Below, one piece after another: positions 8,218-15,677 of a DNA stretch of 32,000 bases. A program made the translations under genes and the position numbers. This DNA is from Bdellovibrionales bacterium (lineage in GTDB: Bacteria > Bdellovibrionota > Bdellovibrionia > Bdellovibrionales > UBA1609), in NCBI GenBank assembly GCA_965247685.1, contig OZ252021.1, forward strand, positions 1,050,001 to 1,082,000. Reading direction: 5' to 3'. How positions within the stretch are numbered: the stretch's first letter is position 1; every line of letters starts with the position of its first letter. Below the pieces are notes generated by a model, which saw only the letters and a program-made list of their open reading frames with translations, was not told where the DNA came from and made no database searches.

Positions 8218-8370
8218 GTTCGACTCGGTGATTTCTTAATATTTCATAATAAAATCTCAGAAATATTGAAAAAATCAAATTTTAATTAAATATGAATATT
8301 AAACTCCCCTCAGCTTTCTTCGATCTCACTGTTGTTATAATCTGTGGTGCAATTCAAATTAAAGAATAGA

Positions 8371-9420
8371 CTATGGAGACTCCTGGAGGAGTTCTTGAAT
8401 TTCTTTTTCAATTCTTTTTTCCGAAGGAAGAGTGTCATTTTCAAAGTCAGTGTGCAATCCGACTCCTGGAACATTTTTCCCCGCTGTCACTCTTGGGCTT
8501 GAATATAGTTCATAAAATAATTCTTTTGTTGTTCGATAAGCCAAATGTTCACCAAAGTTAGTCACCTCAGTGTCTTCATTAATAAATAAAACTTTTCTTG
8601 TTTTCTTTATTGATTTTTTTATTAATTTCCAATCATAAGGGTACAAAGATAACATATCTATCAGCTCAATAGAATGAGATGAAAAATTTTGTAAAACTTT
8701 TTGTACGATAGAAATCATTCGTCCATAACTCACAATGGTTAAGTCTTTTCCTTCTTGCAGGATTTGTGCTTGACCTATGGGGATTAAGTATTTTTGAACA
8801 GCAGGCCACCGAGGTATCCATTGAGCTCTATCACCCAAAGGAGCATCAATTTGTTTTTTTAATTCTGCTTCATTTCGTGGTTCACCTGGAATTTCATCTA
8901 AGCCCTTTATGCGCAACAAAGCTTTAGGAATCAAATACATCACAGGGTTGGGGTCTTCAATAGAGGAGAGCATGAGTCCGTAAGCATTCAAAGGTGTAGA
9001 TGGAATAACAATCTTCCAACCTGGAAAACGAGTGGCCCAAGCATCAAAACTATGGCTGTGATAAATCGAGCCATGCACTCCTCCACCGACAGGAGTCATC
9101 AATACCATAGGAAGAGAGTAACTTCCTTGACTCAACCAGCTGACCATTCCAGCTTGTTTAATTAAATCCATAGAGTTAAAAATATAATCGGAAAACTGAA
9201 TCTCTGCGACACATCTTTTTCCTGTCAGAGCGATACCTATAGCCGTTCCGATAATACCTCTTTCATCAAGCGGTGTATTCCAAGCATTTTTTAATCCTTG
9301 AGTGACAGTAAACACTCCTCCTAAGGGAGGTCCCACATCCTCACCAAAAATATTAGTCAGCTCTAAATTTTCTTCTCCGTAATGAAGCGCCATACGAAGT
9401 GCTTGAGCCATCGTTGCCAT
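8371..9420 (-). CDS. 2-oxoacid (pyruvate/branched-chain/acetoin type) dehydrogenase E1 component, beta subunit
   Basis: N-terminus typical of E1-beta/transketolase-like pyrimidine-binding domains (IFGEDVGPPLGGVFTVTQGLKNAW..TPLDERGIIGTAIGIALTGKRCVAEIQFSDYI). The start overlaps the E1-alpha stop by 1 nt (TAATG on the minus strand). Confidence 0.88.
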   Translation of the reverse strand: MATMAQALRMALHYGEENLELTNIFGEDVGPPLGGVFTVTQGLKNAWNTPLDERGIIGTAIGIALTGKRCVAEIQFSDYIFNSMDLIKQAGMVSWLSQGSYSLPMVLMTPVGGGVHGSIYHSHSFDAWATRFPGWKIVIPSTPLNAYGLMLSSIEDPNPVMYLIPKALLRIKGLDEIPGEPRNEAELKKQIDAPLGDRAQWIPRWPAVQKYLIPIGQAQILQEGKDLTIVSYGRMISIVQKVLQNFSSHSIELIDMLSLYPYDWKLIKKSIKKTRKVLFINEDTEVTNFGEHLAYRTTKELFYELYSSPRVTAGKNVPGVGLHTDFENDTLPSEKRIEKEIQELLQESP

Positions 9421-10424
9421 TAAAATTTTCTCCAGTCTGCATTTTCATTATGGGCGTAAACATAAGACCAAATAGAATCTTTAATCGCTGTGTTTTCTTT
9501 TTTGACTTTTACAATCTTTTCTTTGAGTTGATGATGGATTTCTTTTCGAATATTTTGAATCATATCTTCATCAGCGATTTTATTTTTCAAAAGATATTGT
9601 TCAAAGTTTTTGATACAACAAACTTGTGACGAATCATACTGAGCTCCAGATGAAGAAGAGTGGCCGTAGAGGCGGGAGACTTTTGCCTCTATTAATACAG
9701 GTTTTCTGTTTTTTCTAATATAATTGATGTGTTCCTGAAGAGTGAGATAACTTTCTACAGGGTCATTACCATTGATACTGACGTGTTGGATGCCAAAGGC
9801 TTGAGCTCTATCTGCAATAGATTTTTCTGCATGTTGACTCTCATAATCTGTGGAAATACCAAAGCGATTATTGAATACAAGAATTAATAAAGGAAGAGGA
9901 TTAGAAGGGCGGGACGACCACACTAAGCTAGTTGCAAAATCAGCCAATGCTGTTCCTGCATCTCCTCCTGTCACCACAGTGAGAGCTGAAGACTTTAAAT
10001 CTTGAGATTGAACATGAGCCGTTCCAAGAGCCAAACTGTGTTGACTCTCTACGATAGAAGAAATGGGGGGAATATTTTGTTCAGGAATACTATAGTGATG
10101 AATAAAATTTCTTCCTCCTGTAAAAGGTTCTGTTTTTTTATTCATCATAAATCGAATGATTTTTTCAAACTCCAGTCCCATAGCCACCATTGTTCCAGTG
10201 CATCGATAGTGAAGATGAAGCCAGTCATAGGATAAGCCTTGACCTTTTCTGACAAGAAGTCCAAGTGGAATTTCTATTGCTTCCTGCCCTGGAGATCCAA
10301 TCCAAAAGGGAGCTTCATTTTTTTTGAACAGTTGAATCAATTGTTCTTCGATCAAACGAGAAAGCACCATAAGACGATGTATTTTCAATAATAAATCTGA
10401 AGGTAGTAAACGGGGTTTATTCAT
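9420..10424 (-). CDS. 2-oxoacid dehydrogenase E1 component, alpha subunit (ThDP-binding)
   Basis: ThDP-binding motif of the GDG...NN type (VVTGGDAGTALADFATSLVWSSRPSNPLPLLILVFNNRFGIST). Length of 334 aa and coupling to the beta subunit. Confidence 0.88.
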   Translation of the reverse strand: MNKPRLLPSDLLLKIHRLMVLSRLIEEQLIQLFKKNEAPFWIGSPGQEAIEIPLGLLVRKGQGLSYDWLHLHYRCTGTMVAMGLEFEKIIRFMMNKKTEPFTGGRNFIHHYSIPEQNIPPISSIVESQHSLALGTAHVQSQDLKSSALTVVTGGDAGTALADFATSLVWSSRPSNPLPLLILVFNNRFGISTDYESQHAEKSIADRAQAFGIQHVSINGNDPVESYLTLQEHINYIRKNRKPVLIEAKVSRLYGHSSSSGAQYDSSQVCCIKNFEQYLLKNKIADEDMIQNIRKEIHHQLKEKIVKVKKENTAIKDSIWSYVYAHNENADWRKF

Positions 10425-10511
10425 GTCTCATACTCTCTTTTCGTGTTTTTCAAATTAACTTTTTATTTATCATGATTCAAATAAAATCAACTCAGTTGTG
10501 AAGTGAACAAA

Positions 10512-10540
10512 TTGACTTAGATAAAAAGAAGAATTATGTT
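10512..10540 (+). promoter_or_regulatory. Candidate sigma-70 promoter of rpiB-glyA
   Basis: TTGACT (10512-10517), a 17-nt spacer, then TATGTT (10535-10540). The rpiB ATG lies only 9 nt after the -10 element and has no Shine-Dalgarno sequence. Confidence 0.35.
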
Positions 10541-10549
10541 ACTAGATCT

Positions 10550-10969
10550 ATGTCGAAATTATATATTGCCTCTGACCACAGAGGACTAGCTTTAAAAGAA
10601 GAGTTGAAGAAAAGGTTTTCTCAGTATTCATGGGAAGATCTAGGGCCTTCTACTTCATCTCCGGTAGATTATCCGGATTATGCAAAAAAACTTTGTGAAA
10701 AGATGAAAGATCAAAATGACAGCAAAGGAGTGCTGATTTGTGGCACAGGGCAAGGTATGTGCATAAAGGCGAATCGTTACACTCATATTCGAGCTGCACT
10801 TTGTTGGAATGAGAATATTGCAAGTTTGGCTCGAAAGCACAATAATGCAAATGTTCTTTGTCTTGCAGGTGTTTTAATGGACTTTGAATTGTGTATAAAA
10901 ATCTGTAAAGTCTTTATGGAAACTTCTTTTGAAGAAGGAAGACATCTTCGACGTATACAACAACTTTAA
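10550..10969 (+). CDS. rpiB: Ribose-5-phosphate isomerase B (RpiB/LacAB family)
   Basis: MSKLYIASDHRGLALKEEL at the N-terminus and GVLICGTGQGMCIKANRYTHIRAALCWNENIASLARKHNNANVLCLAG are the hallmark RpiB segments. Length 139 aa. Confidence 0.92.
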   Translation: MSKLYIASDHRGLALKEELKKRFSQYSWEDLGPSTSSPVDYPDYAKKLCEKMKDQNDSKGVLICGTGQGMCIKANRYTHIRAALCWNENIASLARKHNNANVLCLAGVLMDFELCIKICKVFMETSFEEGRHLRRIQQL

Positions 10970-10996
10970 CAATCAACAATTACAGAAAGGTTTTTT

Positions 10997-12235
10997 ATGA
11001 GCTATTTAGAAAAGCAGGATTCTTCAGTATTTAAGGCTTTGCAATCGGAACAAAAAAGGCAGCAGTCGGGTTTAGAAATGATTGCTTCTGAAAACTATGT
11101 TTCTCCTGCTGTTTTAGAAGCACAAGGCTCCATTTTTACGAACAAATATGCAGAGGGATATCCAAAGAAACGTTATTACAATGGATGTGAAAATGTGGAT
11201 GTGATTGAGAATTTAGGAATTGAAAGATTGAAAAAACTTTTTAAAAGTGATCATGCCAACGTTCAACCTCACTCTGGCTCTCAAGCCAATATGGCTGTTT
11301 ATTTTGGAGCGATTCAACCACAGGATGTCTTTTTAGGTATGGATCTTTATCATGGAGGCCACTTGACCCACGGATCTAAGGTGAATTTCAGTGGAAAACT
11401 TTTTCAAGCTCATCATTATGGAGTAGATGAGAAAACTTATCTTATTGACTATAATCAGGTGGAGTCTATTGCCTTAAAAATAAAACCTAAATTACTTATT
11501 GCGGGGCATTCTGCATATCCTCGTATGCTAGATTTTGAAAAATTCAAAACTATTGCCGATCAAGTGGGATGTCCTTTATTTGTAGATATGGCTCATATTA
11601 GTGGACTAGTTGCGACAGGAGAACATCCTTCGCCTGTTTCATACGCTGATTTTGTGACTTCTACCACGCATAAAACGTTGAGAGGTCCGCGAGGCGGGAT
11701 TATTTTATGTAAAGAAAAATGGGCTCGAATTATTAACTCTCAAGTTTTTCCTGGAATGCAGGGGGGTCCTCTACCTCACGTTATGGCTGCTAAAGCTGTT
11801 TCTTTTCAAGAAGCTCTTCAGCCATCTTTTAAAACATACATTCAACAAGTTTTGAAAAATGCAAAAGCTTTGGCGCATCATTTAATGAATAAAGATTTTG
11901 ATGTAATCACTCAAGGTACAGATAATCATTTAATTTTGATTAATGTTTCTAATAAGCAGCTAACGGGGAAGGAAGCAGAAGAAACTTTAAGTGTTGCAGG
12001 AATCACAACTAATAAAAATACTATCCCTGGAGAAACGCGCTCTCCATTTGTTACCAGTGGTGTACGGCTTGGGACTCCAGCTCTCACTACACGGGGAATG
12101 AATGAAAAGGATATGGAACTTATTGCAGGTTGGATCGATCGTGCTATTTCTCACTCTAAGAGTGAAGATGAACTTTTTAAAATCAAAAATGAAGTGGAAT
12201 CTTTTTGTAAAAAATTTCCTACTTTCAAAGAATAG
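10997..12235 (+). CDS. glyA: Serine hydroxymethyltransferase
   Basis: [38 protein letters not shown], plus the PLP-lysine motif [17 protein letters not shown]. Length 412 aa. Confidence 0.97.
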   Translation: MSYLEKQDSSVFKALQSEQKRQQSGLEMIASENYVSPAVLEAQGSIFTNKYAEGYPKKRYYNGCENVDVIENLGIERLKKLFKSDHANVQPHSGSQANMAVYFGAIQPQDVFLGMDLYHGGHLTHGSKVNFSGKLFQAHHYGVDEKTYLIDYNQVESIALKIKPKLLIAGHSAYPRMLDFEKFKTIADQVGCPLFVDMAHISGLVATGEHPSPVSYADFVTSTTHKTLRGPRGGIILCKEKWARIINSQVFPGMQGGPLPHVMAAKAVSFQEALQPSFKTYIQQVLKNAKALAHHLMNKDFDVITQGTDNHLILINVSNKQLTGKEAEETLSVAGITTNKNTIPGETRSPFVTSGVRLGTPALTTRGMNEKDMELIAGWIDRAISHSKSEDELFKIKNEVESFCKKFPTFKE

Positions 12236-12250
12236 GATTTTTTTCAAGTT

Positions 12251-12679
12251 TTATTTTTCTTCAAATTGAAAAAAATACTTTTTAATAATAGCAGTATTAT
12301 TAAAAGACTTAAATCGAATGCGATTAAGAGTGCTTATGAAACACCTTTGAGCCAATTGGTGTTTTTCAGATTTTGAAGAAATGTCATCCATAGCAGATTT
12401 AATCAGGCGGGCTGTAGTTTTTCCGGAGGGTGCGATAGTGATTTCTGCAGTGAAGTTATAAGGTTGAATGTTTAACTTTTCAGTACAATTTCTAATTTTT
12501 AGTTTTTTTCTTTCTATCACTTGATCCAAATAATTGTCCGATAGAGTGTGAGTTGTATTTGGATTTAGCTTCAGTTTTTTTTGAGGAGCTGGGTGAGATG
12601 GAAATTGAATCGGATATTCTGGAATATTTAAGGGAGTAGAAGAGAGAATAAATTTAAGGGCTATCAGCTGGATTATCAT
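12251..12679 (-). CDS. Hypothetical exported protein, possibly with an AgmX/PglI-type (TonB-C-like) C-terminal domain
   Basis: Hydrophobic N-terminus (MIIQLIALKFILSS). The C-terminal about 90 aa fit, by eye, the two-Cys pattern of the AgmX/PglI tail domain (..NCTEKL....FTAEITIAPSGKTTARLIKS......QLAQRCFISTLNRIRF....AIIKKYFFQF). The start overlaps the secG 3' end by 26 nt. The functional call is tentative. Confidence 0.5.
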   Translation of the reverse strand: MIIQLIALKFILSSTPLNIPEYPIQFPSHPAPQKKLKLNPNTTHTLSDNYLDQVIERKKLKIRNCTEKLNIQPYNFTAEITIAPSGKTTARLIKSAMDDISSKSEKHQLAQRCFISTLNRIRFKSFNNTAIIKKYFFQFEEK

Positions 12680-12989
12680 CGGTTGTTACCCTTTGCTCAG
12701 TGGATGAAGACTCAATAGGTGCATCTTGATTCAATATGACGCTCGAATCTTTTTTGCTGTTCATGTAAGCGAGTTGAATAGATGTCAGAGCAAAAACGAC
12801 AGCACTCCATTTAGTAACAGTGACGAGAAAATTCGAAGCACCTGTAGAGCTGAAGACATTTTTTGAGCCGCTTTGCCCTCCTAGAATACCTGTGCCTCCT
12901 CCCTTAGGGTTTTGCAATAGAACAAATACCACCAATATAACAGAGGCTATAACATGAATGGTTGCAACGAAAACGAACATAACATTCAC
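12654..12989 (-). CDS. secG: Preprotein translocase subunit SecG
   Basis: Two TM segments flanking the characteristic LLQNPKGGGTGILGGQSGSKNVF loop. Length 111 aa. Confidence 0.9.
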   Translation of the reverse strand: MNVMFVFVATIHVIASVILVVFVLLQNPKGGGTGILGGQSGSKNVFSSTGASNFLVTVTKWSAVVFALTSIQLAYMNSKKDSSVILNQDAPIESSSTEQRVTTDDNPADSP

Positions 12990-13024
12990 CGTACTAGCAT
13001 AAGTCTATTTACAACCACAACCAA

Positions 13025-13459
13025 TTAATTATTTTTGTTCATAATATGAAAGGCTTGTGCATATTTTTGAATTTGATCCACCAATGATGAAAGTCCATGG
13101 GCTCGAGTGGGTGTCAGATGATGAATTAGGTCTAGTTCTTCTATAAACTCAGGCTGGCTCCTTAAAATAAGCTCTAAAGGGATATCAGAATAGAAATAAA
13201 CCATTAAAGCAAGAAGACCTTTTGTGATCAAAGCATCGCTGTCTCCTTGGAGGATCAGGTGACCGTTTTTTAAATCAGGGTAAAGCCATACTTGAGATTG
13301 GCATCCTTGAATCAGCCATTTTGATTGGTGAAGAGAGACGGGCAGAGGAGGCATATTTTTCCCCCACTCGATGATTCTTCGATACTTTGACTCCCAATCT
13401 TTATCTTTTTCAAAAGACTGGATAATAGTCTGCTGTCTTTTTTTTATTAGCTCTCTCAT
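13025..13459 (-). CDS. sufE: SufE/CsdE-family sulfur acceptor protein
   Basis: WESKYRRIIEWGKNMPPLP...LIQGCQSQVWLY carries the conserved G-C-x-S-x-VW active-site cysteine loop, followed by GDSDALITKGLLAL. Length 144 aa. Confidence 0.85.
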   Translation of the reverse strand: MRELIKKRQQTIIQSFEKDKDWESKYRRIIEWGKNMPPLPVSLHQSKWLIQGCQSQVWLYPDLKNGHLILQGDSDALITKGLLALMVYFYSDIPLELILRSQPEFIEELDLIHHLTPTRAHGLSSLVDQIQKYAQAFHIMNKNN

Positions 13460-13558
13460 ACTTTACTCGTTATTTCATATTAGGGATGATTGTCATTTAA
13501 TTTTTGAAAAACTGAAAAAATGCTTCTTTTCACTCCATTCTTTGTTTATATTATTTTT

Positions 13559-13744
13559 ATGGCAAATAAAATAACGAATTTTCTTTTTGGACGTCTTCCT
13601 AAAATTTTCGATAAAAAGGGTGAAGTCGTTCACAACTTAGGAATTCGTTCTTGGAGTCATTGGAAACATCGGTACAAAGAAGAAGAGTACGACTGGAGAA
13701 ATCACTCAGGTCGAAGTCGAAACATAAAGTCGAGTAAAAATTAA
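13559..13744 (+). CDS. Questionable small basic Trp/His-rich ORF (61 aa)
   Basis: ATG at 13559 (MANKITNFLFGRLPKIFDKKGEVVHNLGIRSWSHWKHRYKEEEYDWRNHSGRSRNIKSSKN). There is no clear SD. Its stop overlaps the stop of the convergent rpsR. It fills an otherwise empty 280-nt gap. Confidence 0.25.
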   Translation: MANKITNFLFGRLPKIFDKKGEVVHNLGIRSWSHWKHRYKEEEYDWRNHSGRSRNIKSSKN

Positions 13745-13992
13745 ATCTGAAAAGGCTTTTTAGAGTACATTTCAGGGCGGCGAAAGTTATCATAAGATTT
13801 GGTGCCCATAGGCAAAAGGTTAAGCCTTCGAGCTTTTTTGACGGCGTTTCTCAGTTCCTTTTGTTGAGAATAGGTCAAGTTAGCGATCCGAGCAGGTAGA
13901 ATCTTTCCTCCCTCCGTGATGTAACTGTAAAGTGTGAGAGGGTCTTTATAATCAAACACCAGTTTTGGCTTTCTTGTTTCTTCCTTTGTCAT
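13741..13992 (-). CDS. rpsR: 30S ribosomal protein S18 (with C-terminal extension)
   Basis: FDYKDPLTLYSYITEGGKILPARIANLTYSQQKELRNAVKKARRLNLLP matches the S18 core (IDYKD..L..FI.E.GKI.P.RITG....QR.L..AIKRAR.L.LLP). AGGAG sits 7-8 nt upstream of the ATG. The gene is monocistronic here. Confidence 0.85.
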   Translation of the reverse strand: MTKEETRKPKLVFDYKDPLTLYSYITEGGKILPARIANLTYSQQKELRNAVKKARRLNLLPMGTKSYDNFRRPEMYSKKPFQI

Positions 13993-13993
13993 T

Positions 13994-14014
13994 TCAGAAA
14001 AACTCCTTTTCTGA
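13994..14014 (-). promoter_or_regulatory. Hairpin in the rpsR leader that presents the Shine-Dalgarno sequence in its loop
   Basis: Perfect 8-bp inverted repeat, tcagaaaa (13994-14001) and ttttctga (14007-14014). On the mRNA strand this reads UCAGAAAA-GGAGU-UUUUCUGA, followed by A and then AUG. Confidence 0.3.
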
Positions 14015-14056
14015 GTATTCTTTATAGCATATGAGGGGTGTTTTCAAGAAAAAGAG

Positions 14057-14085
14057 TTGTCTTAATATTGATTTTTCTGTAAATA
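14057..14085 (+). promoter_or_regulatory. Candidate sigma-70 promoter of rpmB
   Basis: TTGTCT (14057-14062), a 17-nt spacer, then TAAATA (14080-14085). This is followed by AAGGAG 8 nt before the ATG at 14111. Confidence 0.3.
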
Positions 14086-14110
14086 GTTGTTTTTGAAGGA
14101 GTTCAGTCCA

Positions 14111-14413
14111 ATGTCTCGTTGTGAATTTAGTGGTTTAAGCCCTGTTGTTAAAAACTTGGTAAGTCATTCCAATATTAAAACGAAATCTCGAGCTTTTCCT
14201 AATGTTCAAAAGAGGAATTTTTATAGTCTTACTTTGAAAAGATCTTTTCGAGCTTTCGTATCTGTGAAGGCCTTAAAAGATATGGATAAGTTTGGAGGAG
14301 TAGATTTTTATTTGATGAAACAAAAAGCTGAAAAACTTTCCCCTCGAGTGCTTAAAATTAAAAAAAGTTTATCCAAAAAGGTGAATAAAAAAAAGAAGAG
14401 CGTGAAACAATGA
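14111..14413 (+). CDS. rpmB: 50S ribosomal protein L28 (Lys-rich C-terminal extension)
   Basis: MSRCEFSGLSPVVKNLVSHSNIKTKSRAFPNVQKRNFYS matches the L28 N-terminus (MSRVCQVTGK.P..GN..SH....TKR.F.PNL). The strong AAGGAG SD supports the ATG at 14111 rather than the TTG at 14087 in the ORF track. The tail is KKSLSKKVNKKKKSVKQ. Confidence 0.85.
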   Translation: MSRCEFSGLSPVVKNLVSHSNIKTKSRAFPNVQKRNFYSLTLKRSFRAFVSVKALKDMDKFGGVDFYLMKQKAEKLSPRVLKIKKSLSKKVNKKKKSVKQ

Positions 14414-14670
14414 AGCTAAAAATAAAAAAGGATGATGAAGTAGAGGTGATAGCAGGCGGTCAGAAGGGCAAAAAGGGGGCTGTTCTGGAAATTTCTCAAA
14501 AACCTTTAAAGGTCAAAATTTCTAATGTTTTTGTTCAAAATCATTTTGACAAAAAAGAAAGAAAGCAGATTAAAAGAGAAGGTTTTATCAGCTACTCTAA
14601 TGTTCGATTAGTTCAAGCGGCTGCAAAAAAGACTAAGAAAAGAAAAATTCAAAAAAAGCAAAAGCAATAA
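14410..14670 (+). CDS. L24-like KOW-domain protein (possible ribosomal protein L24 paralogue or relocated rplX)
   Basis: KIKKDDEVEVIAGGQKGKKGAVLEI...KVKISNV......SNVRLV resembles the L24 KOW core (K.GD.V.VI.GKDKGK.G.V......V.V.GVN......SNV). ATGA overlap with the rpmB stop. The C-terminus is replaced by a Lys-rich tail (AAAKKTKKRKIQKKQKQ). Confidence 0.6.
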   Translation: MKLKIKKDDEVEVIAGGQKGKKGAVLEISQKPLKVKISNVFVQNHFDKKERKQIKREGFISYSNVRLVQAAAKKTKKRKIQKKQKQ

Positions 14671-14688
14671 ACTTTAGGTTTCCACCTT

Positions 14689-14916
14689 ATGATAAGAAAA
14701 GTATTCATTTTTTTACCTCTAGCTTTCTTTTCTTATGCAGAACAAGATTCCTTTCATCCTGAGTACATGGATGAACAGCTGAAAGAAGTTTTAGAAGTGC
14801 AGTCTCGTTTTCCTGGTTACCGTGTTTATTACGACTATGGCAAGGCGATTAAAGAAGTGAAGCAAGAAATAGAATCTTCAAAAGAAGAAGAGGATTCATC
14901 GGACAAAAAGAATTAA
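14689..14916 (+). CDS. Small secreted acidic hypothetical protein (75 aa)
   Basis: Signal-like N-terminus (MIRKVFIFLPLAFFSYAEQ) and an acidic C-terminus (SSKEEEDSSDKKN). It lies 18 nt after the L24-like gene on the same strand. The SD is weak. Confidence 0.45.
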   Translation: MIRKVFIFLPLAFFSYAEQDSFHPEYMDEQLKEVLEVQSRFPGYRVYYDYGKAIKEVKQEIESSKEEEDSSDKKN

Positions 14917-14980
14917 ATATTTTTATTTATTGTACTCTTCAACTCCACGAATCGGAGTGAAAAAATCACAAAGTTTTTAT

Positions 14981-15517
14981 TCAAACCTTATAGACCGCTG
15001 AGTAAACAGCGTAATAAGAGATCATCAATATAACAGTAATAAGAGCAAATACTCTTTTGCCATTTGTAGATTGAAACATTCTTAGAAAAATCGGAGAGAT
15101 GCCAAGTAGAGTCCATACCATAATTTTTTTACCGATCCATGAGGGAGCGATGCTCAATGGAAGTAGAGCTAGAAAATACAAAACTAGGACGGAGGCTGAA
15201 ATCTTGGATATCCAAGAAGATATATGGAAGCCAAAAAGCCTTTTCATAAGGATATAAACGAAGTTTAATATTGCTAGTAAAATAAGTGTAGAGATCACCT
15301 TAAAGCTGTGTTCTTGAAAGGTAGCAGAAAGTTTTAATGGAAGCTTCATTTTAGCTATTAAACCGAATCCAGAGACGAATAAGATCAATACAGATAGACC
15401 ATGGAGAGATAAGAGAAGAGGTTTTAAGTATTTTGGATAAATAACTAAAATACCTAAAGAAATAAATAATAAAAATAAACTCATTATATGTAAGATCTTA
15501 TAAAATTCGTAGCTCAT
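14981..15517 (-). CDS. Integral membrane protein, unknown function (about 5-6 TM)
   Basis: 178 aa made almost entirely of hydrophobic helices (ILHIMSLFLLFISLGILVIY, LHGLSVLILFVSGFGLIA, VISTLILLAILNFVYIL and others). I recognise no catalytic motif. Confidence 0.7.
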   Translation of the reverse strand: MSYEFYKILHIMSLFLLFISLGILVIYPKYLKPLLLSLHGLSVLILFVSGFGLIAKMKLPLKLSATFQEHSFKVISTLILLAILNFVYILMKRLFGFHISSWISKISASVLVLYFLALLPLSIAPSWIGKKIMVWTLLGISPIFLRMFQSTNGKRVFALITVILMISYYAVYSAVYKV

Positions 15518-15612
15518 ACTCAGCCTCTTTTTGGTGGGAGATTCTATTTTTTATGTATGAAATCTAGGAAAAGCAATGTTTTTTTTGAAAATTCTAGAGA
15601 TTTTGAAGATTT

Positions 15613-15626
15613 CATTGTATACAATG
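15613..15626. promoter_or_regulatory. Perfect 14-bp palindrome upstream of hppA (candidate operator)
   Basis: CATTGTATACAATG is its own reverse complement. It lies 52 nt upstream of the hppA ATG and contains the -10-like hexamer TACAAT on both strands. Confidence 0.3.
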
Positions 15627-15677
15627 ACTTTCCTTACTGATTAGTGTTTAAGGGAGCTTGATTCAAGGGGTTTTTAA

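Noticed and set aside
8239-8267. AT-rich inverted repeat (aatatttc ... gaaatatt) in the convergent gap after the repeat-protein gene, considered as a bidirectional terminator.
   Set aside because: It is an all-A/T 8-bp stem with a 13-nt loop and no flanking U-tract, which is too weak to call. A similar weak hairpin at 1793-1809 (ttaaag/ctttaa) after the first ORF was dismissed for the same reason. I could not identify any clear rho-independent terminator in the window.
14087-14110. Upstream TTG/GTG-extended starts offered by the ORF track (14087 for rpmB; likewise 1818 aspS, 18959 hypothetical, 21105 ccsB, 24772 actB, 29119 actD).
   Set aside because: In each case an in-frame ATG a few codons downstream is preceded by a better Shine-Dalgarno sequence, or gives the N-terminus expected for the family. 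For rpmB the extension would actually translate through the SD (AAGGAG).
13741-14413. Idea that the S18/L28 copies are zinc-independent (C-minus) paralogues under Zur control.
   Set aside because: Cys content alone is not diagnostic here. S18 has no Cys and L28 has one, and as I recall the standard E. coli proteins each carry only one. I could not see a Zur-box-like palindrome in 13993-14110. It is kept only as one possibility within the ribosomal-cluster finding.
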